A DNA stretch of 64,000 nt from Felis catus (GCF_018350175.1 NC_058368.1:112160001-112224000); one strand, 5' to 3'; positions 37,621 through 51,109 are shown, counted from the first letter of the stretch. Notes: generated by a model from the letters alone, not told the origin. A program made the numbers and translations.

Positions 37621-39171
37621 TCACCTGTTACTTTTGGCCTCATGTGTGGCCCTGCATGGACCAAGCAGTCGCTTCTCAGGAAGACACTATGAGGTGCTAT
37701 TTTCATGCAGTTTGGAAGGAAGGGAAGCTTCAGTGCTCAGAGCCTCAAGGAGTGTCCCCAAGAAGCAGGGCCCCCACCATTTCCTTTCTCTCACTAATCC
37801 CCTCGGTTCACTTCAATTCCCTCCCTTCTTGGGGGCCCAGGAACATCTTGGGGCTGCGGGGACACAAGAAGCAGGCCTACCTTCACACTGCTGCTGACCC
37901 CACAAAACTCTCCCCACCATGTTTTAGTCTGCCATCCTTTGTTTCCTCTCCCCGTTGCTGGACCACGTTCTTCAGTCACTTGGAGGTGGCACCTCGAGAC
38001 GGCTGTTGTCTCCCGGACCCCCCTTCCGTACACTTTATTCCCCGCTAGGCCCTCTTGGTTCTGCCCACGCAGGCTTCCACCTGGATCCCTCTTCCCAGCC
38101 TCCAAGCTGCCACCTCTGTGGGCCTCGAGCTTTGTCACCTGGACTGTGGTAGCTGTCTCTTTCTGGCGCCCCTGCCTCTAGGAGCCCCTCATCTTACCAG
38201 GGATCCTGAGGCCTGTTTTTCATCACCCCCTGAAGCACAGCACTCCCAGCTCCTTGCAAGTCTGCTCCAAAACTTTCCTCGTCTCTGTTGGCCTTGACCC
38301 TGAATTGTCGATGATTTTCTGATGGAATCAGAGGCGTCCTTTGTTCCAAAGTTTTCTCATTGTTTTCTTTCCATGGGATTGTAGAAAACATCTCCCGCCA
38401 GGCACACCCTACTGTTTTTGTGAAAATTATAGGCTGCAAATAACTGCTTAAGTCAACTGCCAGACGAGGTACTCTCTTCAGAGGGAAAATTCCAGCTGTT
38501 GAACAAGTTTATGGGCTTTATTTTTGGCGCAAAGAGTTCATCAAGTGAAGAACAGTATTTTCCAGGTGCCCCAACTCTTATTGTAAAGCATATGTGTCTG
38601 AGTGGGCGACTGCTCCCAAGGTCAGATTTATGACCCCAGTACTTATTCACCCCCTTTCTTTCTGTTGACTTCCTTGGGCCCCTTCTGCAGCCCTATGGTA
38701 GACACCTTGGGGAACACAGACAGGAACAAAGATGAGAGAGAGAGGGCCTGAGCAGGAGGTCAGCCCCCAACCCTCTTCCTGAAGCCTGACAGCATTCCCT
38801 GCTGCAGACTCCCTGAGCTGATGCTCTGCCCTTAGGATATTTTCTGGCTTTAGTCAGACTGAGCTCAGAATCCAGTCTCGACTGAGACCCACCAAAAGAC
38901 CAGCCTCCTCCCCTTGCACACGTGTAAGTAGAAGCGGATGCCCCCAGAAGAAGCTGCCCAAGACCCGTGCCCAAACTGTGTCAACCCCTGGCAACCTGGG
39001 GCAAGCTGTCTTTCTGCAGAGCATGCTGGACCCTCCTGAGGAGCCCATGAAGTGGGCTCGTCTGTCTCTTCCTCCAGACCTCACGACTCTCAAACGTCCC
39101 TGCATCTCACTCTGCCCTGTAGGTGCGTAGACCACCCTCACTGGCCACCACTCAGGGAGGTCCTGTATTCT

Positions 39172-39412
39172 CTTTTTACTAGGTTTTCATTTTTTTTTTT
39201 ACGTTTCATTTATTTTTGAGAAGGAAAAAACAGAAAGAGACAGAGAGTGAGCAGGGGAGGGGCAGAGCGAGAGGGAGACACAGAATCCGAAGCAGGCTCC
39301 AGGCTCTGAGCTGTCAGCACAGAGCCCGACGTGGGGCTCGAAGTCACAAACCGTGAGATCATGACCTGAGTGGAAGTTGGACACTTAACCGACTGAGCCG
39401 CCCAGGTGCCCC
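39172..39412 (-). mobile_element. CAN-SINE (SINEC_Fc-type)
   Basis: Core sequence; TSD ggaggtcctgtattct (39156-39171 / 39414-39429). Confidence 0.97.
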
Positions 39413-39574
39413 AGGAGGTCCTGTATTCTAAAACTTGCCTGGTGTCAGGCACTCCCATCAAAACTTATCCATTCTATGTTCCCCTCCCAGCAAATCCTGC
39501 AATCAGCTGATCTGATAAACCAAGTTGTATTTTATGTTTAATGAACGGTAATCACTCAGCGTTAACCTGATACC

Positions 39575-39736
39575 TCACTGTTCACAACATGGCCCACAGC
39601 CCAGGAGCTGCAGTGTCACTTGAGAGCTTACTAGAAATGCTGAGTCTCAGGTACATCCCAGCCCGTTGAATCAGAATATCCGTCTTAACAAAATCCTCAG
39701 GTGATTCTAGTGCCTGTTAAAGTCTGAAAAGCACTA
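39575..39736. mobile_element. MER5A-like relic
   Basis: gagagcttactagaaatgc...tctcagg...gaatcagaa...ttaacaaaatcctcaggtgattct...aaagtctgaaaagcact. Confidence 0.8.
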
Positions 39737-39778
39737 ACCTAATATACGTTTTGCCCTTTTCGGCAGATAATTACCTTT

Positions 39779-40470
39779 TCTAAAAAAAAAAATTATTTAA
39801 TTTATTTTTTAAAATTTACATCTAACTTAGTTAGCATATAGTGCAACAATGATTTCAGGAGTAGATTCCTTAGTGCCCCTTACCCATTTAGCCCATCTCC
39901 CCCTGACAACCCCTCCAGTAACCCTCTGTTTGTTCTCCATATTTAAGAGTCTCTTATCCTTTGCCCCCCTCCCTGTTTTTATACTATTTTTGCTTCCCTT
40001 CCCTTATGTTCATCTGTTTTGTCTCTTAAAGTCCTCATATGAGTGAAGTCATATGATTTTTGTCTTTCTCTGACTGACTAATTTCACTTAGCATAATAGC
40101 CTCCAGTTCCATCCACGTAGCTACAAATGGCAACATTTCATTCTTTTTGATTGCCGAATAATACTCCATTGTATAGATATACCACATCTCTTTATCCATT
40201 CACCGATCGATGGACATTTGGGCTCTTTCCATACTTTGGCTATTGTGGATAGTGCTGCTATAAACATGGGGGTGCATGTGTCCCTTCGAAACAGGACACC
40301 TATATGCCTTGGATAAATGCCTAGTAGTATGATTGCTGGGTCGTAGGGTAGTTCCATATTTAATTTTTTGAGGGAACTCCATACTGTTCTCCAGAGTGGC
40401 TGCACCAGTTTGCATTCCCACCAGCAGTGCAAAAGAGATCCTCTTTCTCTGCATCCTCACCAACATCGGG
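39779..40470 (-). mobile_element. 5'-truncated carnivore L1 (ORF2 C-terminus and 3' UTR)
   Basis: ORF 40121-40432 encodes [13 protein letters not shown]...[14 protein letters not shown]...CTPMFIAALSTIAKVWKEPKCPS, the L1 ORF2p C-terminal region. TSD agataattaccttt (39765-39778) / aggtaattaccttt (40471-40484) at a TT/AAAG endonuclease-like site. Non-functional fragment. Confidence 0.97.
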
Positions 40471-43400
40471 AGGTAATTACCTTTAACGTGAGTTATTCCG
40501 TGTTAATGATGTCGGTGTGGCATTTCACACTTTAATGAAGATTTTTCACAACTATGGACTTGAATGGTTATCCAAGCAGCTAGATTGGGAGCTCCTGGAG
40601 GCACCAGGGACCCGCAGGCTTCCCCTGACAGCCCCAGCTCAAGCCTGGCATTTGACTGCAATTTAATTAGCTGCACAAATGAATAAATGTCGAGGCCCCT
40701 GCAGGAGACAGGACAGAGGGCATTATTTCCATTTTGCACATGAGGAAACTAGGACTCAAATCAGCCAAGATTGTTCCAGTTTATTTCCTAAGTGTCAGAA
40801 CTGAAATTCACTAGCCTCCCATCTCGGGGTCACTGCAGGCTGTTTTTCATGTTCCGTTGCAGGGGATTTGCGCGGTCCCCCTGTCATGGTTGTGGAGTCT
40901 GCTTGCAAGTTCTAACAGGAACCTCTGTGCGTAATAACCTGCTCTGGGTGGGGACACCCTTTACGGCCCGCCTGAGTCTCTATCCTGGCACCTGGCACGG
41001 TGTCACAGGCCTGTGGCCACGGGAGGCCCCCTTGCAGGCTCTGTGGCTGGCGGTGGGAAACCATGCAGGCAGGTGTTCCGGAGGATGGGAACACCTGCTT
41101 GCCCACTGCCTCCCCCGCCCCCCAACCCTTCCGCAGGACTGATGGGAATGGGAAAGAGTAGGGCAGGAATGCTGATGAAGCTTATTGAGAATAATTTCCG
41201 GTTGTGAAGCTTGTTAACATGTAATGATTCGATCAGGAGCCCCTTCCCCGAGGGCACTGGGTTCCGCTACCCACCTGAGTGTGGAGAGGCATGTATTCGC
41301 AGAAGAGCTCACAGGACCCTGCCATGAGACCTGTGGCAGAGTGAGTAATCAGGGGGTCAGGGGGGTCTGAGTGCTGAACCCCAGACCACAGGAATGTGGC
41401 AAGCTTCCCTCGAGGATCCCTGCAAGTGACAGAAGCCGACGAGGCCTTTGGTGTTCCACAGATTCATCCAGGCCCTGTCCTAGGCCTTACACGAGGGGTA
41501 CCTGAGCCAAGAAGGAGGCAGGAGGGCAGATGTCTCTCTCTGCCATCTTCCACAGTTGGAGGCCCATCATCTCATTCTTTTGTTTTGTTTTTTGTTATTG
41601 TTTTTTGTTTGTTTGTTTGTTTGTTTGTTTTTTAGTTTTTTGCAATTGCTCAGCTTGTCAGCAGCCTGGAAGTCTGCCCACCATCTCTGGCTGGTGGTGG
41701 AGGCCGAGCCCAGTGGGGTTGGTATAGCATCTTCTCCCACATGCTTTGGCTTCGGTGCCCTGGCTGAGGAAGGCCCCCAAGTAGAGGTGATACCGCCAGT
41801 GATGGCTGGCACTCTGTGAGCACTTCCCACACCAGGCACGCCTCTAAACACTTGACCTGCATTAGATCCTTCGACCCCCTACCCCAAACTAGGCGGTAGG
41901 GCCTGTTCTTATCCCCATTCTACAGATGAAGCACAGGGAGCACAGAATGGCCACATGATTGCTCCCAGTCACACAGGGCTGACTGGAATAACCCTTCTAA
42001 CCACCTCTCCAGGTTAATTAGCTAGGGGAAGGCAGGGGGCCCCCGTGGTCCTGCACAGTGCAGCGGGAGTCAGTACAGAGCACACGAGCAAACCGTGCGG
42101 TGCTCTGCGCCCAGACCTGGAGCGGTGCGGAGCCGCGATGCTGAGGGGCAGGGTAAGGAGTCTGAGCTTCACCCTGCAGACGAAGGGAGTCCCTGAAGGG
42201 GAGTTCAAATCTGACGCGTGGTTCAGGAAGGTAGGAGGTGGCATCCTGGGCCAGAGACAGGAGGCCCGGAGGCCACACCTGGAGGCTGCTTCAGCAAGGC
42301 AGATCGATAGGAGGTGAGGGCTGAGCACCCAGGCCACATCTGCAAGAAGTTGCAGAGGTGTGGCCCCAATGGTTCCTCTTCCGGGCCTGGGTTTCCAGCC
42401 CCAAATGGGCACTTTTCTGTCTCTCTTTGCTGTGTGAACCATGTGAGTCACTACGGCGGAGCAGAGGAGGGTTGGGGTTGTGTTCAAGTTTCTGAAGTTT
42501 GGCCTCAGGGCCCCCACCCTGGCCAGGGTAGCACACCTCTTCCTGAGGGTCCAGAGGTGGTGGATGTGCCTGAGGGTGTCTCCATCCATAGCCTTTTCAT
42601 ATCCTTCCTTGTCACCCAGCATGGCCTGAGCCATTGTCCCTCCATGGGCTGTTAACAATACTATAGTTACTGGGTGGGCCGCTGCTCAGGTGGGTGCTGA
42701 GAGGCTGTGGCTGGCCAGGGGTGACTTCACCTCTCAGGACTCTCTCCAAAACCCCAGGGGGTGGATGAAAGGCTTGGACATAAGAGTGTTGGCCTAAAGC
42801 TGCCAACTCGCAGTAGGAAAAAACAAATTTCTTCAATTACTAATCCATCCATTCTGTGCTAATGCCTCCTGAAAGAAAACTTTCAACTTGGATAGCAGTC
42901 TCTTCTCTCTTGGAACCACTTGTACCTATAGTTAGGAAGCTGTGTCTCATTAAAGCTGTGGTCCTAGATTACAAAGCTGGAAGACCCAGCTTGAGCAGGG
43001 CATGCCTGGCTTTCTGCGGCTAACATCAGATTTCATTTTTGCCATGGTATAGTCCTGTTTCCCTGGGCCACCAGGCTCCCGTTTTGTGTTTCCTGTTTTT
43101 TACTTGGAACAAGTGATTCTTATGGAGATTTCCTCTTTAATTCCCAGCACTGATAATAACGAATGCCCAGATACACAGTTTCTGAGTCTGTTCCAAGGCT
43201 TTTTGGTGCAAGTAGCTTGGACCCCTTGTTGCCTGGTGATGTATTTCCAGCTTGAAAAAAGAACGTTCACCTACAGGGGAAAGTGAGCCTCAATCTTACC
43301 TGGTCTCCAACTACAGGACAACCATCAGGATCTTCCTCAGGAAGAGAAGCAGAACTGACCACATCACCGAGAAAACTGGGTGAGAGTTCCTCACACCCAC

Positions 43401-43524
43401 AACCCTTAGCCCACACACATTGTTGGTGTATTGACTTAGACAGCTGGGGTTTTGATGAACACCTTTACATGGGCCAGCAAGAAGGTAGTGGGTTTGAAAA
43501 AGGTGAGCCTCTTGCTCACCTGAC

Positions 43525-43601
43525 GTCCCCTAGAATCTTCTGACAGAATCTTCTGTCCCCCAGAATCTCCCGACAGATTCTTCTGTTCCCCAGAATCTCC
43601 C
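43525..43601. repeat. 30-bp-period minisatellite (~2.5 copies)
   Basis: gtcccctagaatcttctgacagaatcttct / gtcccccagaatctcccgacagattcttct / gttccccagaatctccc. Confidence 0.85.
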
Positions 43602-44001
43602 ACCGAGGGGAGATAAAATGCCTCAGAGTGACCATTCTCTGATATCATTGATTTTTGTTTCTTTATACCATAGTGTGTATGAATCGGCTACTTCCTGGGG
43701 AGTATTTGCATAGTAAACCTCTTTCATGGTAGATAATTGACTTTGTTTCTTCTTCAAGAGCTCTCAGGCATCTGTGAGAGGAATCCTGTCCTTGTTCGAG
43801 GAGTCTTTCCTGAGATTGTGATAGGAAGGCAGTCCCTGATTCTGTCCACGTAAAAAGTTAATAAGAGACAGTTCATGGGGCTGAAACCTTAAATCACAAA
43901 CATGGGATTTGGGCTGTCGAAAGCTGTGGACTAGGAAGAATGACCTTTGAGACTGTTCACCCCAAGATCCTGCCAGCATAGAATTCCCTCAATAGCATTG
44001 T

Positions 44002-44245
44002 TTTTTTTTTTTTTTAAAGCTGCTTTTTTTTTTAAATTTTTTTTTTTAACATTTATTTATTTTTGAGACAGAGAGAGAGCATGAACAGGGGAGGGTCAGA
44101 GAGAGAGGGAGACACAGAATCTGAAACAGGCTCCAGGCTCTGAGCTGTCAGCAAAGAGCCCGACGTGGGGCTCGAACTCACAGACCGCGAGATCATGACC
44201 TGAGCCGAAGTCGGCCGCTTAACCGACTGAGCCACCCAGGTGCCC
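44002..44245 (-). mobile_element. CAN-SINE (SINEC_Fc-type)
   Basis: Core sequence; TSD ccctcaatagcattgt (43986-44001 / 44246-44261). Confidence 0.97.
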
Positions 44246-44529
44246 CCCTCAATAGCATTGTGATTCAGCCTGTTCACTTTCCACCTATGAAATTTCAATA
44301 CCTCAGAAATACCATATATCTGTTTATGTGCTATGGCCATTTGAAGGGCCACAGCCATTGTAAGAACTCTCAAGAACTGAGTTTTGTCCAGCTAGGTGTA
44401 TATCACTCTCACTGAGATAGGTGGCTGGATACCATATCCCTGAGGAGTAGCTAGCCAGCTTCTGCTTGGATGTTATAAGTATCAGGGAGCTCAACTACCT
44501 GCCTCCTTCTCGCGGTAGCCTTGTACTTA

Positions 44530-45030
44530 GCAACAAAAAAGGAGCAAACTATTGATATACACACAACTTGAATGAGTCTCCAGAAAATGATGCCACATGG
44601 AAAAAAGCCAGTCCCAAAAGGTTACATATTGTATGATTCCATGAATGTAACCTTTTGAAATAATAGAATGTTAGAAATGGACAACAGATTGGTAGTTGCC
44701 AAGGATGGGGGGGCTCGAGGGAAGTGGGCGTCAAGAGAGATCCTGTGGCTTTGGAACATTTCTGTATCTTGACTGTGGTGGCGGATCCACAAACCTTCAC
44801 GTGTGATAAAACTGCACTGAACTAAGCACACACCTGAGTACAAACAAGACGAGGGACATCTGACAGTGCTCCGCGGGTTATATCAATGTCAGTATCCTGA
44901 CTATGATATTGTACTATTTACTGTTTCACAGATGTTACCATTGAGGGAAGCTGGGTAAAGGCTCTCTCTGTGTTACTTAAAACTGCATGTGAATCTATAG
45001 TTATCTCAAAACATAACATTTAATTTAAAA
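44530..45030 (+). mobile_element. L1MC-like 3' end
   Basis: aaaaagccagtcccaaaaggttacatattgtatgattcca...gatgttaccattgagggaagctgggtaaagg...actgcatgtgaatcta. Confidence 0.85.
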
Positions 45031-45044
45031 TATAACTAACTTAG

Positions 45045-45270
45045 GGGGTGCCTGGGTGGCTCAGTCGGTTAAGTGTCCGAATTCAGCTCAGGTCATGATC
45101 TCGCCGTTTTTGAGTTTGATCCCCACGTCGGGCTCTTTGCTGACAGCTCAGAGCCTGGAGCCAGCTTCAGACTGTGTGTGTGTCTGTCTTTGTGCCCCTC
45201 CCCACTTCTTGTGCTCTGTCTCTGTCTCTCTCTTTCAAAAATAAATAAAACATTAAAAAACAATTAAAAA
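45045..45270 (+). mobile_element. CAN-SINE (SINEC_Fc-type)
   Basis: ggggtgcctgggtggctcagtcggttaag head, CT-rich region and aataaataaaa tail; degenerate TSD. Confidence 0.95.
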
Positions 45271-45316
45271 AATAGCCAACTTAAAAAAAAATAGCGAACT
45301 TGAAACTAGAAGTGTT

Positions 45317-45562
45317 GGGGTGCCTGGGTGGCGCAGTCGGTTAAGCGTCCGACTTCAGCCAGGTCACGATCTCGCGGTCCATGGGTTCGAGCCCCGCGTC
45401 GGGCTCTGGGCTGATGGCTCAGAGCCTGGAGCCTGTTTCCAATTCTGTGTCTCCCTCTCTCTCTGCCCCTCCCCCGTTCATGCTCTGTCTCTCTCTGTCC
45501 CAAAAATAAATAAAAGTTGAAAAAAAAAAATTAAAAAAAAAAGAAAAAAAAAGAAAAAAAAA
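45317..45562 (+). mobile_element. Young CAN-SINE
   Basis: Diagnostic gcgcagtcgg / gccaggtcacgatctcgcgg / gggctgatggctc variants, CpGs retained, long A-tail; exact TSD gaaactagaagtgt (45302-45315 / 45563-45576). Confidence 0.98.
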
Positions 45563-48500
45563 GAAACTAGAAGTGTAAACAAAATAAAAGCCCATGTTTT
45601 CATTTTACAGGTCTAGGATTTATTATGCCCTTTGGGATTTTCTTAAGACCCACTGTCTCTTTGTCAAATTCAGTCAAATTGACTGACAAGAGAGGTAAAT
45701 GAGCCCGCTGTGTACCAGAGGCAGCAAGTATCTGCGTGTCCCAGTGTCCTGGAGGTTGGGCTGGAGGCAGGGGTGCCGAGCAGGCTTGCAGCAGAGGCGG
45801 GAAGAATGGAAACCTGGATTCCGTCCCTCCCTGTGGAGCCCCAAGGGTAAGGATGGGGACAGGCAATGGGGGACAGGAGAGGATGCTCCCTGCATTCCCC
45901 TGGGGGAGCTCCTTCAAAGGAGCAGCAGGAAGGGAAGGTACTCAGATTGCTACCTGAGGACGGATCTGGAAGCATAAAGAAGCTTCAGTGAGGGAAATGC
46001 CTAGGCCTGCTCAGGAATGTGGTGGGGGTACTGGGGGGGGGCAGGACTGGGGAGGCACAAGGGAGAGCCCAGTGGTCTCCAGTGCTGGGCCTGACCAGAG
46101 GCTGAAGGGCATCATCACCTGTCACTGAGGAGGGCCGAGAAGAGGCTCTGGATTCTCATTGTAGCAGCTGAGCTCCCCGATACGGGGTGGGGGCACTTTC
46201 CCCCCGGGGACCCTCCCCCATCTGGAGCTAATTCACTTGACCCGGACCAGACCCATCCCTGGGGCCTTACAGACAGACTCCACATTTTGGGTCCCAGTGG
46301 GCTGAGGTGCCTGGACCCGGGGAAAGGATCTCCATTGCTTGCTCAGCCTTCTGTTGCCAGGGCCCAGCTGGCAGGCTTTTAAAGCAAGCCTCAAAGTCTC
46401 GGGGGCCCTGGATGTGCTGTCTGGGCCTGGCCCTTTGTGAGTGGGTTTGGTGGATTGGGTGCTGAAGGCCAGGCCCTGTACTGAGGGATTCAAAGGACAC
46501 ACGCGGAGCTCACACACTCTCGCCCCGGGCCTCGACGTGGTCCTCCAGTCTCCTGCTCCAGGACAGGCCCGCTGAGTGCCCGAGGTCCCACAGCCGGCTG
46601 TGTTCACACTCAGACCCAGGGCGGTCTGGACCCCCGAGCTGCGCTCCTCACGAGATGGCTGTTTGCTTTCCAATCGCGTGTCCCGCTCTGCAGGGCCTCT
46701 CACAGCAGATTGGGTACCAACCAGGCGAGGGAGGTGGGATGGGTGCTCAGATCCCGGAGACGGTGACATGTGCGGAGGTCCCCAAAGCTGACAGCAGGGT
46801 CAGCTTCTGACACGCACTTCTGTGTGCTTCACCTGAACTGCATGACCCGTCCCGTGACCTGGGAGCCTCGTGTGGCTGAGGACACATTTACCGAAGAGTA
46901 AGGCCGCTCTTCACGGGAATCGGTGGTCCTTGTGAGCCCCATATTTGCTTTTTTTGCTGGTACTGAATGACACTGGGTTCCTCAGAATGGTTTGATGCCC
47001 AGGGATGGTTCCAGAAGCCCCAAAGCCCCTGCCCAGCCCAGCCCTGGCACAATTCTGGCAGATGCTAGTCACCTGATTATCCCCCACAATCCACTGCACA
47101 GAGATGCCAGGGTGGAAAAAGGAGAATAACATTTGGGGCCTAGACACTGCTGGGCTCACACCAACAAATGTGGGGAGTGAAGCAGGATGGTGTGGGGAAG
47201 GGAGACTATTTTTGGGGGGGGGTCCTCTGGGTGGTGGCTTTGGTAGAAGCTTCTGGCTGCTGTCGGGAAGCCCAGGTTCTGGCCGTCCCTCTGACACTGA
47301 CCTGCCGGATTATCTGCACATTCTCGGACATATGCATGTGCAGAGGCTGCTGGGAGGAAGGGGCATCCTGAGGGGCCGGGGGCACAGGGGAACCTGGCGA
47401 GGGGGCTCTGCACGGCCATCCCCATTTTAACCACTGCTGTTCCACTCGCATGTGATTGCACGGTGGAGGCCACCTCGTGTGGCGCATCAAAAGGATTCCC
47501 CCCAGCTGAAGCTGGTTGCAAGGCAAACTACAGGGTTCCACTCTCCAGAACCAAGTGTAAGAGGCGAGAGAGAGAAGGGAAGAAAGGGAACAGTTCCTGC
47601 AGGAGGAAGGGACTTCAAAAGCAGGTGTGGGTTAGGGAAAGGGAGGGAAGGATGCAAAGAACTGGGTGTCGACCGCAGGCCGCTGACAGCCTTGGTCACT
47701 GACAGGGATGACTCCAGAGCTCTGGGAACATTAACCTGGACGCAGCCCAAGAAAGATGCGGTTGTGATGGCCCGGGATTACTCTTCGGTTATTATTAGAC
47801 GTGCTCTGGCGACAACGCGTTGCTGAAAACCAGCAGTGACGGCATCCAGCCCGTGCACGCGGGGCTTCCGCAAGCCAGCCGCAAAGCATCCCCGAGCAGG
47901 GTTCAGGCCACACGGCTCGAGACCCCAGGCTCGCGGGAAATGGTGCATTGTGGTTTTGCCTCTGCTGTCAACAATTTCAGAAGGCCCAGGGCAGAGCAAA
48001 AGTTCAAGTCGAATATCTCCTTCTGAGTCTGTGTGCTGACTGCTGATTGAACAGCCAGGGATCCGGATTCTGGTTTCTTTGTTTTGTTTTGTTTTTTCTC
48101 TTCTATCTTCTGCATCTCTGACATGGCTCACTGTGTTTGCTCTCCACGAAAACAGCACTGGGTCAGGCCCTCTGACCAGTCTGCTGCTCCGTCCACCGCA
48201 AGCTCCGTGCTTCTGTCCCCAAGCTTCTCATGCTGTTAGCAGCAGTTGGCACCTCCTGGGCAGTTTGACCATGTAAACCTGCTGTCTGAGGACTCTGTGG
48301 GGAGCGGGGTGTGAGCGCAGAGGGAATTGTGCCTGCAATTTCCCTTTTCTTCCTCTTGTCAGGCACGCGGCTGCCCTTTCCTGTATTTTCAGGAAACAGG
48401 CAGGAACAGGATGTGGGCTTGAATCTCACCCGGTCACTTACAGGGACACGTGGCTTTGACCTTGAGTAAGTCATTTGTTTCTTTGAAGACTTACTTTCCT

Positions 48501-49839
48501 CACCTGAAGAGATGCACTATTCCTGTTTACGGACTCTCCCTGGGAGAGACCAAAGACATGCGGAGCCTTACTGCATCACAGCTGAGCTGACGTATTGCCT
48601 GGCTGGGCCCCATTGAAGGGGGGGGACAAGACCCGCCCCCCCGACTGTCAGGACATTGATGGGGGTCATTGCTGTTGTTTCCATCGTGAGTGATTATCTA
48701 CAGTATTGCATCTCCCCACCCTGGCTGCCAGGAGGGCCAGAAACACAGGTCCCCAAGTGACCGCTTTGCTCACGACACAACCTCTGCCCCTCTCCGGAGA
48801 GGCCTTCCTGGCTAGATATCCCGTGGCTAATGAAGTAGCTGGGCCCAGTGGACTCTACCTGAGGGGCCAAGGCTTTCTCTCATTCATCAGGCTCCTTGCA
48901 AATACATGTTTTCATGGCTTGCTCCCCCTGCCCTTAAACTCTTCCAAACTCCCTGTTGTGCCGCAAACCTTGATAACAAAGCCCAACAATGTTTTTCTCA
49001 TTGGCTACTCAATTTGCTCTTTTCTGAGCTACTGTAAATTTGCAAAAATCCCTCTTGGACAGGTCCTGTTGGCTAGAGCCATTTTGAACGGTCGCAAGTG
49101 GGAGAGATTGAGTACCAGAGAGGGAGAATGAATGAAGGAGGCAGTGCCAAGCACCCCTACATACATACACGCCAGTGCAATCCTAACTCGCTCCTTTTTA
49201 CTGTAAAAAAAAAAAATGACAGAGACCACAGTGTAACAACTGGGACAAAAACGTTCTTTTAATCACCCTCGATGCCGTCACTCAGGCAAAGCGGCTGTTT
49301 TTAATCTTTGCTTCTCTAGCCTGTGTGCAAGCAAACGTGTTTCTAAGCAGCCATAATTGGAACACAGTTTTGCATTCCGTGTTTCTCCCTATTTCCTAAG
49401 CCTCGCCTCGCATTGCTACACAGTCTTTATAGGTATCATTTTTAGTGGCTCACACTCAGTTGTGGCTTCTGGAATGTACTTCCTGTCCCCCTGCATGGCC
49501 ATCACATCATTACCCGTAGGGGCCCACATCTGCGGGGAAACAAGCGTGGAGGTCACTTGTGCAATCCGTCCCTGTTATTGAATTCTAGAAGTATCTGGCG
49601 TGAAAATGCTTCCTTGGGGCAGACGCACGACTGGTCCAGGAAGGGAGCCCTTCCGTGTGCTTCGTGTATAAACAAATGCTTTCGTTTTCGAAGAAGACTC
49701 AGGCCCAGACCCCTTGCACGCACACTTTAGTCTCTCCAGGGTATAACCAGAGGTCATTGCTTTTGCTGCTTTGTTAGGGTGCGAATTCGTCTTCCTCCTC
49801 AACTTCTCCATCATCCTCGTCCTCGCTGTCGTACTCAGG

Positions 49840-50000
49840 GCTGCTGTTTATTGAGTGCTTACCCTGTGCCCGGCCCTGTATGTCGTCTTGCATCCTGGTT
49901 GTATCTAACACCATCAGTTGCGCTGTTGTTATTCTCAGTTACAGATGAGGAAACTGAAGCCCAGGATGCTGAAGTGACTGTCGAAAATCTCCTAGCTCTC
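49840..50000 (-). mobile_element. MIR SINE
   Basis: ttattgagtgcttaccctgtgcc...ttacagatgaggaaactgaagccca. Confidence 0.85.
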
Positions 50001-50136
50001 AAGGGTCAGAGGCTGCCTGCCTCCAGATGGGGGAGGGAGCCTTGACACCACCTGGCTCCTCACGTGAGGGCCTTTCCTCCAGGGCAGAGTTTGGTCTCAA
50101 GCCCCTAGGTTGGGCCGCGGGGTCTAAGGAGCCTTA

Positions 50137-50447
50137 CTATCTTAGTCCCTCTGGGCTGCTATCACACAATATCACAGACTGAGTGTTTTATAAACAACGG
50201 AGATTTATTTCTCACCGTTCTGGAGGCTGGCAGAGTTGGTGTCTAGAGAGGGCCCGCTTTGCTGTATCCTCACAAGGTAGGAGGGACAAGGGAGCTCTCT
50301 GGGGTCTCTTTTATAAAGGCACTGATCCCACTCATGAGGGCTCTACTCACATGATCTAGTCACCTCTCCAAGGCTCCACTTCCTTTCACCATCACCTTAG
50401 GGATTAGGTTTCAGCATATGAGTTGGGGGGATGCAAATGTTCAGTCC
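50137..50447 (-). mobile_element. MaLR solo LTR (MLT1A-like)
   Basis: cttagtccctctgggctgctat...tttatttctcaccgttctggaggctgg...gggagctctctggggtctcttttataaaggcactgatccc...gtttcagcatatgag. Confidence 0.88.
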
Positions 50448-51109
50448 GAAGAATTTACCACGATGGACCTCTCTCTCCAGGGGAGAAAGAAGGCCTCTCC
50501 CCAATCCCATAAGAACCCTGGGCAGGATAGGGTGTGCCTGGCTATTAAGATGGCAGCTGAGAGGCCATGTGCCCTGGTCAGAGGCTCCAGGCATGGGACA
50601 CACTTCCCCCAAGGTCACACGGAGAGGTGTTGACGCAGCCGGGCTAGAATCTGGGTCTCCTGACTTGTGAGCAGGGCTATGTCCTTCTTGCGGAGAAGTG
50701 ATTTCACATCTGAAATTGAGGGAGAGGCTTTAGAATTACCCGGCTCCTCTGTTCTTAGAAACTGCTGATGCCGTCGCGTAGGTATCACAGGGCAAGAGAG
50801 AAGACCGGGGAGGAGACAGTGACTGAGCCCAGCACGGGTGGGTGAGGCAAGAAAAAACAGCGTGACTTAGAAATGTCAGAGATACCGCCCCGGGGCCCCT
50901 GAGCCTGGCCTCAGTCTGCTGACTGGACTTGTCAGACTTAGCGAAGCTCCTGCCAAAGGGATTTCCTAAAAGGTAAAGGCTCTTTGCTCTTCTGAGTCTC
51001 CCATGGGCAGCAAAACCCCCTGAGAGGAGCCTTTATTGTGACCACAACCTTTCCTGAGCAGAATTAACCCAGAATTAAAGCTGCTACAGGAAAGGAGATA
51101 TTTTACTTA

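Noticed and set aside
40121..40432. ORF with clear protein similarity
   Set aside because: It is the C-terminus of L1 ORF2p in a 5'-truncated dead copy, so it is reported as a mobile element, not a CDS.
42014..42658. 214-aa ORF (minus strand)
   Set aside because: No family resemblance and no convincing exon boundaries.
45317..45400. tRNA-like A/B boxes
   Set aside because: They belong to tRNA-derived SINE heads; no standalone tRNA gene.
46480..48000. Possible CpG island or promoter
   Set aside because: CpGs are only patchily elevated by eye, with no dense island or core promoter structure.
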